Positions 27,567 to 38,523 are shown, counted from the stretch's first letter. The stretch is DNA of 64,000 nucleotides from Ruminococcus sp. (GCA_003521625.1 DPHV01000022.1:6926-70925); one strand, 5' to 3'. Notes: generated by a model from the sequence alone, not told the origin. Program-made: numbers and translations.

Positions 27567-30050
27567 TCACTTGATTTGCGTGTCGAGACACTCGACCGAT
27601 TTGCCGGCGGTTGCACACCGCTTCTTTCTTCTGTAAATTATTATAACGATAACGTAAACCGCAAATGCAACAAGGGTGCAAAGGCTGATTTTTATTCCTG
27701 CCGACAGTCCCGGAGTTTCGTAGGTAAACTCAATTTCGCAGTCCGTATATCCGGGAACTTTTACAGCCATAAAGCCGTAGTTTACCTTTTCGATTTCAAC
27801 CTTTTCGCCGTTCACCGTTGCCGAAAAGCCCTCGCTGTACGGAACGCTGAAGAACAGCAGGTTGTCGCCGGACTTGTTGCTGTATTCAGCCTTAAAGCCG
27901 TTGTCGGTATATTCAAAGATCGAACAGCTTGACGAAGCAAGCTTTGTGCATTGGTCCTTGTAATTTTTGTTGCCGTATCTGTATTTGTCAACAACGCTGT
28001 CAAAATATTCGGGATTTTTGCCGTAAAGCAGTTTGTATTTTTCGTCGCTGTAGCCTGTTATGTCGGAATACTTCTTCATCTGCTCCCTTGAAAGCACCAT
28101 TGAGTAGAGAATTGCCTCGGTTTTGTGAACATCTCCGACACGCTCAAATTCTTCCTCGGTTACAAAGGAGTCATAGGCAAAGCCCATAGGAATGTAATAT
28201 TCGTTTTCGTAGATGTCAAAGCCGTTACAGCTTTTAAGGTACTTCCAGTACGGCATTCTGGTATCTCCGTCCTCGTTGATGAACGAATTTTCACTGCCTG
28301 CCTTACCGTCTGACCTGTAGTCAAAAAGATACTTACAGCTGAAAAGCCCACGCAGTCCGTAAGCCGAGGTGTTCGGACGGGACGCAACGTCACGTGTGAT
28401 TCCCATAGCGTCGTAAAACTGCATTATCGAGGTGGAAACGGAGCTTTGAAAGCAATTAATGCTTTGGATTTTCCAGTACATTGCAGTGTTGTCAACGCAC
28501 TCGTAAAAGTCGCTCCTTACCTGCTCCAAATCGTCGATTTCAATGTCATCTCTTGAATTGAGAATATCCACATTAATCGGTCTTGTGGTAGAGCTTGAAA
28601 GCACTCCTGTTGTGATTATGAAAGCCGAGGAAACAAGCGAAACAACCAGTACGCCGCTGATTGAAGCAATTGCAAAGTGCGGATTTCTGCCTTTGAATTT
28701 TTTAAAAATCAGAACAAAGGCGAGAATGCTCATAAGGGCAAGCAGAACGTAAATCCAGAAACGCTCAAACGTTGCCTGAACGCCGATTGAAAGCTCCTCT
28801 GTGCCGTCGTCATTCTCGGTGATTTTCGGCATAAGACCGATAAGCAGTGCAATTCCTGCGGTAAGTCCTGTTGACCACGCAACAGCCCTGTTCCAGTTTG
28901 CTTCACTGTCCTCAACTGCACGTATTGTCGCAAGCGCCATCATCAGCACAACCATATAGAACCAGCGTGCGTAGTAGATTGAGCTGTTCATAAGCTGGAA
29001 CATACTGTTGAGCACGGGGATAAAAGCAAAGAGCATTAAAAGAGTAAGGAGCTTTTTGAGCCAGTCACGCTTTTTTGTCTGCAAAAATGCGATTACTCCC
29101 GTCATTCCGAACATCGGAAGCCAGCCTGCAACCGACGCCCACTTGCAGTTTGATTCGGGCGTAAATACGGGGAACGCAGGCATATCGGCAGGGAAGAAAA
29201 AGCCGATTATAATCAGCCAGTAACGCTGGGGCATATCGTGAACAAGCGAGTTCCAGCCGTTTGGCAGGCTGTCAAGCCTAGGGTTGCCCATAAGCCCGAT
29301 TACCGACGGCAGAAGTATGAAAGCCGTAGCGGCAAAGCCGATAATAACCTCAATCGCAAGGATTAAAAATTCCTTGATTTTAAAGCGGCAGGTCTTTGTG
29401 AGCATTACCATAAGGTAGTACATCACAACGAACAAAACCTGTCCGACAAAGAAGTAGTAGTTTACAACGCAGGCGGCAAACACCGCAATTGCAAACACAA
29501 CACGCTTTTTGTCGTATATGAATGAATCCAGCGCCGCAAGCAGCAGCGGAAACATTATCATAGGCTCGTGAAAGTGGAAAAAGAACACGTTGTAAATTGA
29601 AAATCCCGAAAGGGCATACAGAAGTCCGCCCAGAACGGCGTAGCTTTTGTTTGCAACGTATCTTTTGAGATATAAATACGCCGCAAGAGATGCGCAGGCG
29701 AATTTCAGAATAAGCAAAGGACCTATAAGGTACGGCACAAATTCGTTCGGAAACGGAATTGTCATCCAGAAAAACGGACTTCCGAGAAGATAAAAGCTGT
29801 AGCTTGACAAAAGGTCAGAGCCGAGGTCGGTTGTGTGATTCCAGCCGAACTGACCGTTTCTTACAGCGTCGTGGCAGAGCTGATAAAACGGGATTTCCTG
29901 AACGTTGAAGTCGCCGTAATAGTAGAAAACTCCGCCGTTTATAACGATGAACGGAATAAAAAGTATTGAGGCGGCTAAAAGCGCAAGCCCGAATGCGAGC
30001 AGGGCATAGTGCCGGTTTTTAAGCGTCGGGGATTTAAGCGTATGTGTCAT
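27567..30050 (-). CDS. YfhO family membrane protein (GT-C fold glycosyltransferase-like)
   Basis: GDFNVQ, YLLGSPF, many TMs, FSVPYSEGFSATVNG and FMAVKV C-terminal motifs. Confidence 0.88.
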   Translation of the reverse strand: MTHTLKSPTLKNRHYALLAFGLALLAASILFIPFIVINGGVFYYYGDFNVQEIPFYQLCHDAVRNGQFGWNHTTDLGSDLLSSYSFYLLGSPFFWMTIPFPNEFVPYLIGPLLILKFACASLAAYLYLKRYVANKSYAVLGGLLYALSGFSIYNVFFFHFHEPMIMFPLLLAALDSFIYDKKRVVFAIAVFAACVVNYYFFVGQVLFVVMYYLMVMLTKTCRFKIKEFLILAIEVIIGFAATAFILLPSVIGLMGNPRLDSLPNGWNSLVHDMPQRYWLIIIGFFFPADMPAFPVFTPESNCKWASVAGWLPMFGMTGVIAFLQTKKRDWLKKLLTLLMLFAFIPVLNSMFQLMNSSIYYARWFYMVVLMMALATIRAVEDSEANWNRAVAWSTGLTAGIALLIGLMPKITENDDGTEELSIGVQATFERFWIYVLLALMSILAFVLIFKKFKGRNPHFAIASISGVLVVSLVSSAFIITTGVLSSSTTRPINVDILNSRDDIEIDDLEQVRSDFYECVDNTAMYWKIQSINCFQSSVSTSIMQFYDAMGITRDVASRPNTSAYGLRGLFSCKYLFDYRSDGKAGSENSFINEDGDTRMPYWKYLKSCNGFDIYENEYYIPMGFAYDSFVTEEEFERVGDVHKTEAILYSMVLSREQMKKYSDITGYSDEKYKLLYGKNPEYFDSVVDKYRYGNKNYKDQCTKLASSSCSIFEYTDNGFKAEYSNKSGDNLLFFSVPYSEGFSATVNGEKVEIEKVNYGFMAVKVPGYTDCEIEFTYETPGLSAGIKISLCTLVAFAVYVIVIIIYRRKKRCATAGKSVECLDTQIK

Positions 30051-30188
30051 TTAGTTTCTCCGATAAATTTCTTCAATCTTTGACTTTTATTTTAAAAATA
30101 GTATAATAGTTATATATTAATCAATATATTATACCATATCAAAATTGATTTTGCACTAATTTTTGTAAAAAAACAGGAGATTATTATT

Positions 30189-30776
30189 ATGAAACAGTCA
30201 CATTTTTATGCTATGCTGTCGAGAATGAAGTACATCAACCGCTGGGGTCTGATGAATAACACAAAATACGAGAATTTATGCGAGCACAGCCTTATGGTTG
30301 CAATGATTGCCCACTGCCTTGTCCTGATAAGCAACAAGCGATTCGGGAACAGCTATAACCCCGAAAGGGCGGCTCTGCTTGCAGTATTCCACGACTCAAC
30401 CGAGATTATCACAGGCGATATGCCCACTCCCGTAAAATATTTTAATCCCGAAATAAAGCAGGCGTACAAGGAGATTGAAAATACTGCGGCGGACAGACTT
30501 GTTTCAATGCTCCCCGATGATTTTAAAGAGGATTTCGAGGAAATAATCAAGCAGAACGGCGAAAATGACAGCGAGCTGAAACCGTTTGTAAAGGCGGCGG
30601 ACAAGTTTTCTGCGCTGATAAAGTGCATTGACGAAATGAGAATGGGCAACGATGAATTTGCAAAAGCGAAGGAGTCAACCGAAAACGCAATCCACGCAAT
30701 GAATATGCCCGAGTGTGAGGTTTTCGTGCGTGAATTTCTGCCCTCGTTCTATCTTTCACTTGATGAACAGGACTAA
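30189..30776 (+). CDS. HD-domain 5'-deoxynucleotidase (YfbR family)
   Basis: RMKYINRWGLM, EHS, FHDSTEIITGDMPTPVKY, ADK. Confidence 0.9.
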   Translation: MKQSHFYAMLSRMKYINRWGLMNNTKYENLCEHSLMVAMIAHCLVLISNKRFGNSYNPERAALLAVFHDSTEIITGDMPTPVKYFNPEIKQAYKEIENTAADRLVSMLPDDFKEDFEEIIKQNGENDSELKPFVKAADKFSALIKCIDEMRMGNDEFAKAKESTENAIHAMNMPECEVFVREFLPSFYLSLDEQD

Positions 30777-30969
30777 ATTTGTTTATAAATTGATAAAATT
30801 CTGCATAAAATTAAGCTTTGCTATAAAATATAGTTCGAAAAAAGAATTATTTATTCGAATTATAGTGGTATAATAGTTAAGATATTATTGTTTATTCGAA
30901 TATCAACCTTTGTCGCAACCATCGGCTATGTGCCGTATTCAGACGACGCCACCTTAACGGAGGAACAGT

Positions 30970-32112
30970 ATGGCAAATAACGATAAAAAAAATAATCTTG
31001 TTGACATAAGTTCTAACTCGCAAATCAGGAAGGTTTATAATAAAAAAGGCAGAGTAAAGCGCATTTTATGCATAGTTTTTTCAATTATTTTCCTTATCGG
31101 CGGAAGCGGTATGATTTATGTTTACAGCTTGCTCAATTCGCTTAACTATAAGGAAATCAAGGATGACCCTGCTTCAACTACGCCGACTGTTTCCGACAAT
31201 AATGCTGGAGATGTTTCGGGCTTTACCGTTGAGGAAGGTGAGCTTTTGCAGGATTCCAAGGTGCTTAACGTAATGCTTTTCGGTGAGGATAATCACGACG
31301 CAGACGAAAACGGCAGAAGCGACACAATGATTATGATGTCGATTGACAACCGTCACAAAAAGCTTAAGCTTACTTCGTTCCAGCGTGATACTTATGTTTT
31401 CATTCCCGGTCACGATTACGATAAAATCAATTCTTCCTACACTCTCGGAGGCGCAAAGCTTTCAATTCAGACGATTGAGGCTAACTTCGGAATAAAGGTT
31501 GACCGATATGCAGTCGTTGACTTTGACAGCTTTAAGAAGATTATTGATACTCTCGGCGGTGTTGACATAGAGCTTTCGCAGGACGAAATCGACTATATCA
31601 ACTACCAGATGTACAAAAACGGTCAGGTTGAATCTCCTAAAACAATCACCGACGCTCCGGGCGTTGTTCACCTTAACGGTCAGGAAGCATTGTGGTATGC
31701 CCGCAACAGAGGTCTTTCAAAGGGCGAGGACGGCAACGAAATCGGAATTGACGGCGACGACTGGGACAGAACTTCAAGACAGAGAAAGCTTCTTGAAACT
31801 ATTTTTGACAGTATGAAAGAGGCTGACATAGGTCAGATTGTTTCAATTGTAAGCTCTGTAGGTCCGCTTGTAACAACGAACCTCAAAAAGGACGAAATTA
31901 CCGCACTTGTTACACGTGCGATGACTTATTTGCAGTATGATGTCGAGCAGTACTATGTTCCTGAGGAAGGACTCTGGTACTATGACGACAACACGCCGGC
32001 AGGCTCGGCAATCAGAATTTCCGATATGGAAGCACAGCGTAAGAAGTTCGCCGAATTTATTTATGAAGATTTATTCACCAATGCAGTAAACGCACAAAAT
32101 TCAGCAGAATAA
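30970..32112 (+). CDS. LCP (LytR-CpsA-Psr) family protein
   Basis: N-terminal TM, GRSDTMI, RDTYV, KINSSY, ALWYARNR, DWDRTSRQR. Confidence 0.93.
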   Translation: MANNDKKNNLVDISSNSQIRKVYNKKGRVKRILCIVFSIIFLIGGSGMIYVYSLLNSLNYKEIKDDPASTTPTVSDNNAGDVSGFTVEEGELLQDSKVLNVMLFGEDNHDADENGRSDTMIMMSIDNRHKKLKLTSFQRDTYVFIPGHDYDKINSSYTLGGAKLSIQTIEANFGIKVDRYAVVDFDSFKKIIDTLGGVDIELSQDEIDYINYQMYKNGQVESPKTITDAPGVVHLNGQEALWYARNRGLSKGEDGNEIGIDGDDWDRTSRQRKLLETIFDSMKEADIGQIVSIVSSVGPLVTTNLKKDEITALVTRAMTYLQYDVEQYYVPEEGLWYYDDNTPAGSAIRISDMEAQRKKFAEFIYEDLFTNAVNAQNSAE

Positions 32113-32131
32113 TTTTTGGTTATTGAAGTAT

Positions 32132-32176
32132 AAAGGTCGGAACATCGTAAAAACGGTGTCCCGACCTGTTTTGTTT
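32132..32176. terminator. Terminator hairpin
   Basis: AGGTCGG...CCGACCT followed by T-rich tail; similar hairpin at 51559-51598. Confidence 0.65.
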
Positions 32177-32196
32177 GAAATGAATTTGCACTCTGT

Positions 32197-33486
32197 CTAA
32201 AAAATATATCTTACGGTGATTGAGGCGATTTGATTTTCAATATGAGTATCCATTTTTCCGTCATTTTTCTCCGTGAGCTTTCGCAGAATATTCATTTTAA
32301 GCATATCATCTTTACTGCTTTGCAAATCGTCAAAAAATCCGTTATTTTCGCAAGGAAAGCATATTTTATACAGCAGAACGCCCTGCTTGCACATTGCCGA
32401 AATTTCAATCAGCTTTTCCCCGTCAGACGTTATGCTTTGCAAACTGAAAAGTGCAATATCAATCGTGTTGTTTAAAAGCACGCATATGTCAAAATTATCC
32501 TCGGGAAGCTTCGTAAGGTTTCCCGAGAAGCTTATCTTAACTTCTTTTGTAAGCTGTTTCAGTCTTTCGGAAAGTATTGCGTCTGCGGTGTCACTGCCGG
32601 TATTGTAGAGAATACTGTACGAGCTGATAATTTCTCTGTCGCTTTTTTTAACAAGCTCTAATGCCTGCTGTGACTTTCCCTGTTCAAGCAAGGGTTTTAT
32701 CCACAGCGACAGGTTGTTGTAATCGTGCCTGAAACGTCTTAACTGTGCGCTCGACTGCGCAATAGTTTTGCCGTATTCCCTCTGAATATTCAGCTGTTGT
32801 TCAAAAATTCCCGTTTCATATCTGTACAGATTTTTCTTCACCTGATTATAAATCAGAACAGGAAACGCTATTGTAAAAATCAGCGAAATAAGCATTGTAA
32901 GAAGCTTTACTGCGACGGCATATCTTAAGCCCGAATCAAGCAGAGATACTATATAACTGAAATTGCCGCCGATAATAAGAAAAAGATTGAACAGCAGTAC
33001 AATAGGCTTTGAAATATTTTCAATGAAAAACTTTGTCTGATTTTTCAGAACCGTACATAAAACAAAGAAAATAATGCTCACAATCAGCGAGGTTATCATT
33101 CCCGTAAACTCTAAGAAGATGCTGTGAGTTATGTTTTGCCCGAAAAATGACAAAACCAAGACGAGGTAAAATGCAGCAAACATAATTACGGAGCTTAATG
33201 TAATTGCCGTACTGAATATGTAAAATTTTTTCGGTCCCTTAAGCAGAAACGGCGTCAGCATAAGTCCCCAAAATTCAAGGTTGACTACGATTCCGTTTTG
33301 AAGTTCTCCCTCAAGAAATAAAAACGAGGCAATCATCAGGAACAAAACTGTCCCCGAAACAGCAAAATAAAGCTTTGCGCTTTTAAGATTAAAAAGTTTT
33401 TTTGTAAAAAGAAACACAATCAGTATTCCTGAAAGATACTCAACAATACTGTCGGTAAACTCAATCTTATTCATAGTATTCCTCAT
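32197..33486 (-). CDS. AgrC/VirS-type membrane sensor with degenerate GHKL domain
   Basis: 6-7 TMs, RRFRHDYNN H-box, YNTG...DAIL; N and G boxes not canonical. Confidence 0.7.
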   Translation of the reverse strand: MRNTMNKIEFTDSIVEYLSGILIVFLFTKKLFNLKSAKLYFAVSGTVLFLMIASFLFLEGELQNGIVVNLEFWGLMLTPFLLKGPKKFYIFSTAITLSSVIMFAAFYLVLVLSFFGQNITHSIFLEFTGMITSLIVSIIFFVLCTVLKNQTKFFIENISKPIVLLFNLFLIIGGNFSYIVSLLDSGLRYAVAVKLLTMLISLIFTIAFPVLIYNQVKKNLYRYETGIFEQQLNIQREYGKTIAQSSAQLRRFRHDYNNLSLWIKPLLEQGKSQQALELVKKSDREIISSYSILYNTGSDTADAILSERLKQLTKEVKISFSGNLTKLPEDNFDICVLLNNTIDIALFSLQSITSDGEKLIEISAMCKQGVLLYKICFPCENNGFFDDLQSSKDDMLKMNILRKLTEKNDGKMDTHIENQIASITVRYIF

Positions 33487-33674
33487 TCAACATAACAATA
33501 AAATAAATAACTAACTGAAAGCTTATTTTCATATAATAACCGAGCATAATTAGCATATAGGATGTTAGATTACAAATGACAGAAAACAGCAGACAAAGAG
33601 AAAACGGACGTATCAAGGGGGACACGTCCGTTTTCAACGAGGGGATAAATAAGAAAAAATTATCATGGAAGCTA

Positions 33675-34514
33675 TTATCTGTTCAAAAGCTTTTTCTTGT
33701 ACTGTGCAGGCGTGCAGTCATAAACCTTTTTGCACTGTGTAATAAATGATTTTACATTTGCAAAGCCGTTTTCAATAGCGGCGGCAGAAACTGTGGAGTT
33801 CTTTGTAAGCATATCCTGAATTGCGTTTTCAAGACGGAGATTAGCAAGATACTCCGAAAAACTAACCTGAGTAACATTCTTGAAGTACTTTGAAAAATAT
33901 GACGGTGAAAGATTTACCACCGAGGAGATTTCGTCAAGCGGAATTTCACGCTTGAAGTTCTCGTTAATGTAAGCAATTGCAGTTTTTGCGTATGAGAAGT
34001 CACGCTTCGGAATAATTACCGAGTTCGAAGCACGTCTGAAGCAAATGCAATATTTCATCAGTAAGTAGTAAATTTTATTTACATATGATATGTGGAGCAG
34101 TGAAGCATAATCGTCATTTTCTACATCAACAGCGGCAATTTTTTGTAGAACATCAATAATTGCGGGTTTTGCCTCCGGTCTGTTGTTCACATCAAAAATA
34201 ACGCTGTCAATCGGTTTGCAGAACATACGCATATACTCAAAGGAAAGCTGTACACAAACAAGCTTTACCCTTGACCCTGTTACCGGACGAACGAGATGCA
34301 CGTCCTCACTGTTGAAGAAAATGAAGTCGCCCTCTTCAACAGTCCGAGTTTCGCCGTTCTGGGGACATTCAGCCTGTCCCGATACAACGTAGATTATCTC
34401 GGGCTCACGGTGCCAGTGCAGTTCTGTTTTATGGGTTTCGGACGATAAATCAAGGTACATTATTTTTGCGGGAAGGTTTTTGTCATAATTTATTATTTCG
34501 TATTTGTAATTCAT
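33675..34514 (-). CDS. AraC family transcriptional regulator
   Basis: Cupin HWHREPE, C-terminal HTH (SYFSKYFK, ENGF, TPAQYKK); start MNYKY. Confidence 0.93.
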   Translation of the reverse strand: MNYKYEIINYDKNLPAKIMYLDLSSETHKTELHWHREPEIIYVVSGQAECPQNGETRTVEEGDFIFFNSEDVHLVRPVTGSRVKLVCVQLSFEYMRMFCKPIDSVIFDVNNRPEAKPAIIDVLQKIAAVDVENDDYASLLHISYVNKIYYLLMKYCICFRRASNSVIIPKRDFSYAKTAIAYINENFKREIPLDEISSVVNLSPSYFSKYFKNVTQVSFSEYLANLRLENAIQDMLTKNSTVSAAAIENGFANVKSFITQCKKVYDCTPAQYKKKLLNR

Positions 34515-34647
34515 ACAAAGTTCCCCCTGAAAAAATGTTGAAAAAACTGTAATAATGTTGTATATTATTATAAGTATATACATTAAATCGCTTTTAATCT
34601 ATGTAAAATTGTTTGATTATTATGGACATTTGTTGTATGGAGGATTT

Positions 34648-35457
34648 ATGAGGACAAATTTGGACTATAATGCTATAAATTGCGTTTGTCTTGCAAACGG
34701 AAAACGAGCCGAAAATCTTGAAAATGAACAGCGCCAGATTATCCGTGATACCTACACTCTGTACTATATAACAAGCGGCAGGGGAATGGTTACAATTGAC
34801 GGAATCGGTTTTTTCGTAAGCGCAGGGCAGTCGTTTCTGACGTTTCCGTTTTCAAACGTATGCCTTGAAGCCGACAGTGATTTTCCGTGGGAATACAGCT
34901 GGGTAGAGTTTCGGGGACTTGAGGCGGCGTGGCTTGTAAGTCAAACCTATTTCAGCAAAAAGCACCCTGTAGTTGAAAAGATACCGGTTAATAATTTTGA
35001 ATGTTTGTTCAATATTGAGGACTGCGGAGCCGACGCAACCTTTGCACAGTGCAGGGCAGGAGGAAAGTTGATTATCCTGCTCTCATATTATGTTGAGCAT
35101 TTTCCCTGTAAGGACAGCGAAAACACAAGCTATGCTATTCTTGCCCGCAACTATATTGAAAAGAATTACAGAAACCCCGAGTTTAATGTGCAGTCGGTCG
35201 CAAATCACATCAAGATTGACAGAACCTACCTTTACCGTCTGTTCAAAGAGGAAACGGGAACGTCGGTGATTGACTACATAAACAACTGCCGCATTTCAAA
35301 GGCAGAGGTACTGCTGATTGACGAGAACATCTCTATAAAGGACGTTGCCTATTCGGTAGGCTTTACAGACCAGATGTATTTTTCGAAGGTTTTTAAAAAG
35401 CTCAGGGGGCAAACACCGACGGAATTCCGCAGAAAAAACAACGGAAGGTATATATAA
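34648..35457 (+). CDS. AraC family transcriptional regulator (MsmR-like)
   Basis: PWEYSWVEF, IDRTYLYRLFK, VAYSVGFTDQMYFSKVFKK; GGAGG RBS before ATG 34648. Confidence 0.93.
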   Translation: MRTNLDYNAINCVCLANGKRAENLENEQRQIIRDTYTLYYITSGRGMVTIDGIGFFVSAGQSFLTFPFSNVCLEADSDFPWEYSWVEFRGLEAAWLVSQTYFSKKHPVVEKIPVNNFECLFNIEDCGADATFAQCRAGGKLIILLSYYVEHFPCKDSENTSYAILARNYIEKNYRNPEFNVQSVANHIKIDRTYLYRLFKEETGTSVIDYINNCRISKAEVLLIDENISIKDVAYSVGFTDQMYFSKVFKKLRGQTPTEFRRKNNGRYI

Positions 35458-35462
35458 AATAT

Positions 35463-35854
35463 AATTCGGAATGCGTAATTCGGAATGCGTAATTAATGGT
35501 CGCTACGCTCCGAATTTATAATAGTGCGTGTTGTTCAGAAATGTTTGCTAAACAAGTTTTGATATATTGATAACGTTTATTTTTAAAGTGTAGTACATTG
35601 TTAAAACTAAAAATAAACATATTTTATGAAATATAAAATCAGTTCTATATTAATCAGTGTAGGGAACGGTCTTGACCGTTCCGCTGATTTACAAGCCAAC
35701 TCTTAACCGACTCGGAACGGTCAAGACCGTTCCCTACATTGAGGCAAAACATATAAATTAATTCGGGTACGCTACTTTTGAATTATTGCAACCTATCCAC
35801 TCGACCGCAATTCCGAATTACGAATTATGCATTCCGCATTTCGCATTTCGCATT
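35463..35854. repeat. Composite element: inverted heptamer arrays bracketing a family A REP dimer
   Basis: Heptamers 35463-35494 (forward) and 35810-35854 (reverse); module 35498-35516; REP dimer 35658-35738. Confidence 0.85.
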
Positions 35855-35950
35855 AAATTATTAATAATTGCTTGCAATTATTTCATTAATATATTATAAT
35901 AAAATTGATTTTCTAATTTTAAATAAATTTTTAAGAAATGAGGAAAAATT

Positions 35951-37474
35951 ATGGAAAAAAGAGGTATGTGGAACTCCCGTTTTACCTTTATTCTTGCCGC
36001 AGTCGGCTCTGCGGTAGGTCTTGGCAATGCGTGGAGATTTCCCGGACTGGCAGCTAAACACGGCGGCGGAACATTTCTGCTTGTTTATCTGCTTGCAATG
36101 GTTGTTATGGGTATTCCTCTGCTTATGATGGAGATTTCAATTGCCCGTAAGTTCCGCAAGGGCGCAATCGAGTCAATGCGAGGAATCAAAAAACGCTTTG
36201 AGCCTATCGGATGGGCGGCAACTTCAAACGCATTCGTAATCGTTTGCTACTATTCGGTAGTATTTGCATGGGTTATACTTATGTTTGTAAACTCATGGCA
36301 GTTTGCCGATATGACGGGCAACTCCGAGGCGGCGTCTGGACTGTTCTTCAATCTTACGCAGACAACGGGACTTATTGAGGGAAGCTCAATCCCCGGCGAG
36401 GTGCTTGTGTGCCTGCTTGTTGCGTGGGGACTTATCTTTTTCTGCATCAGAAACGGCGCAAGCTCGGTAAGCAAGGTCGTTAAATTTACCGTATTTGCCC
36501 CCGTTTTACTCTTACTTATTATGGCTGTCAAGGGTATGACTATGGACGGCGCAATGGAAGGACTAAAGATGTTCTTCATTCCCGACGTTTCGGCATTCTC
36601 CGACGCAACTCTCTGGGTTGACGCTATCGGTCAGGTATTCTACAGCCTTTCAATTATGATGGCTATTATGTTTGCCTACGGTTCATACCTGCCCGATGAT
36701 GCAAACGTGGCTGTTGACTGCACAATTATAGCATTCTCCGATATGGCTGTAAGCGTACTTTCGGGTATCGTAATGTTCACTACAATGGGCGGTACAGGTA
36801 TGCTTGACAAGATTACTGCAAGCGGTATTTCCACTGCATTTATCGTTTATCCGCAGGCTATCGTAAACCTTACCGGTATCGGCTGGGTGAACGCAATCTT
36901 CGGAGCGATATTCTACCTTATGCTCATCACGCTTGCAATTGACTCGGCATTCTCAATAGTTGAGGGTATTTCGGCTTCTGTTGCAGATAAATTCCACCTC
37001 AACCCAAAGACGGTTACAATCGCAGTCTGCGGTATCTGCGGTGTCATTTCAATTCTCTTTGTTACACAGGCAGGTCTTGCATGGCTTGACATCGTTGACG
37101 CATGGACAAATCAGATTAACCTTATTGTTATCGGTATTCTTGAGTGTGTTGCAATCGGCTGGTGCTTCAATCTGCGCAGGGTGCTTGATGAAGTCAACCG
37201 CAACACCAATAAGTTCAAGGTGCCCTATTGGTGGTTTGCAGCGTCAATCAAGGTAGTTGCACCTGTTCTGCTTGCCGCACTCTTTATCTGGAATATGGTT
37301 ACGCTGTTTGTGTTCCAGGGCGGAACATACAATCCCGATTATCCCATCTGGGCACAGGTTGCCGCAGGCTGGGTAGTTTCGGGACTGGTATTCATCAGCG
37401 GATTTATAGCAAAGATTGTTATTAAGAAGATGAAGAAAAAAGGCTACGTCGAGGACGAAGTAAGCTTTGACTAA
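35951..37474 (+). CDS. Sodium-dependent transporter, NSS/SNF family
   Basis: GSAVGLGNAWRFP, GGGTFL, GQVFYSLS, 12 TMs. Confidence 0.95.
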   Translation: MEKRGMWNSRFTFILAAVGSAVGLGNAWRFPGLAAKHGGGTFLLVYLLAMVVMGIPLLMMEISIARKFRKGAIESMRGIKKRFEPIGWAATSNAFVIVCYYSVVFAWVILMFVNSWQFADMTGNSEAASGLFFNLTQTTGLIEGSSIPGEVLVCLLVAWGLIFFCIRNGASSVSKVVKFTVFAPVLLLLIMAVKGMTMDGAMEGLKMFFIPDVSAFSDATLWVDAIGQVFYSLSIMMAIMFAYGSYLPDDANVAVDCTIIAFSDMAVSVLSGIVMFTTMGGTGMLDKITASGISTAFIVYPQAIVNLTGIGWVNAIFGAIFYLMLITLAIDSAFSIVEGISASVADKFHLNPKTVTIAVCGICGVISILFVTQAGLAWLDIVDAWTNQINLIVIGILECVAIGWCFNLRRVLDEVNRNTNKFKVPYWWFAASIKVVAPVLLAALFIWNMVTLFVFQGGTYNPDYPIWAQVAAGWVVSGLVFISGFIAKIVIKKMKKKGYVEDEVSFD

Positions 37475-37485
37475 ATTATAAAATT

Positions 37486-37518
37486 CGGGACATCGCATTA
37501 AGCGGTGTCCCTTTTTTG
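37486..37518 (+). terminator. Intrinsic terminator
   Basis: GGGACATCGC...GCGGTGTCCC followed by T run. Confidence 0.7.
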
Positions 37519-37531
37519 TTTTGAATGTGTT

Positions 37532-37670
37532 GTAGGGGACGGCTTCCCAGACGTCCCAATCACATAAATCACAACGCAATTTATGTGATTGGCGAACACA
37601 GTTCGCCGCTACAGTATAATAAAATCGGGAAATGAAGTTGCAATAAACTGCGATTTCATTTCCCGATTTT
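37532..37670. repeat. REP heterodimer B-palindrome-D and a long hairpin (probable rnf terminator)
   Basis: B 37532-37557; palindrome 37558-37590; D reverse 37591-37612; AAAATCGGGAAATGAA...TTCATTTCCCGATTTT 37621-37670. Confidence 0.85.
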
Positions 37671-37689
37671 AATTGTTCATTGTACTTTG

Positions 37690-38523
37690 TTAATTGTCAA
37701 TTGTTTTTGTTGCGTTTGTAAAATTCGAAATTCTGATGCACCCTGTTGTACATTCTCTTGCGCAAACGCCGAAGTCCTCGCACTCGGGGCATTTTGAGTA
37801 ATCTATTACGGCGAGGTTATCTTGAACCTTAATTGCACCGGTCGAGCAGACCTTTTCGCACTTTTTACAGCCGATACAGCCGTTTTTGCAAGCCTTGCGA
37901 GTGATGCCGCCCTTGTCCTTGTTACTGCACGTCACGACAACTCTTTCAACGTCCGCCATAAGCGAAATGAGGTGGTTAGGGCAGGCTTTAACACAAAGAC
38001 CACAGCCAACGCACCGCCTTGAATCAATATGCGCAATGCCGTTGTTTATGCAGATAGCATCGTTCGGACATACCTTTGCACAGTCGCCCAGCCCCATACA
38101 GCCGTAGGGACATTCGCCCTTTGAACCGAAAATCAGCTTTGCAGCGGCACAGCTTTCTATTCCGTCATACTCTACCTTGTCTTGCGTGTAAGTGCAGTCG
38201 CCTGCACAGTGCACAACGGCAACCTGTTCAACAATGTCCTCAAACTCAACGCCGAGAATTTCGCTTAATTTCCTTGAAACCGAATCACCGCCCGGAACGC
38301 AGAGGTTGGTAGCCGTAACCTCGTTTTCGGCAAGTGCCTTTGCATAGCCGTCACAGCCTGCAAAGCCGCAGGCTCCGCAGTTTGCGCCCGGCAGGCACTC
38401 ACGGATTTGGGGGATTTTTTCATTTTCTTTTACAGCCATAATTTTTGATGCGACTGCAAGCACCACAGCGCAGATTGCGCCGATAATCACAACGGGGATA
38501 ACCGCAGTTAAAATCTCATTCAT
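37690..38523 (-). CDS. rnfB: Rnf electron transport complex subunit B
   Basis: LPGANCGACGFAGCDGYA, multiple ferredoxin motifs; operon order. Confidence 0.95.
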   Translation of the reverse strand: MNEILTAVIPVVIIGAICAVVLAVASKIMAVKENEKIPQIRECLPGANCGACGFAGCDGYAKALAENEVTATNLCVPGGDSVSRKLSEILGVEFEDIVEQVAVVHCAGDCTYTQDKVEYDGIESCAAAKLIFGSKGECPYGCMGLGDCAKVCPNDAICINNGIAHIDSRRCVGCGLCVKACPNHLISLMADVERVVVTCSNKDKGGITRKACKNGCIGCKKCEKVCSTGAIKVQDNLAVIDYSKCPECEDFGVCARECTTGCIRISNFTNATKTIDN

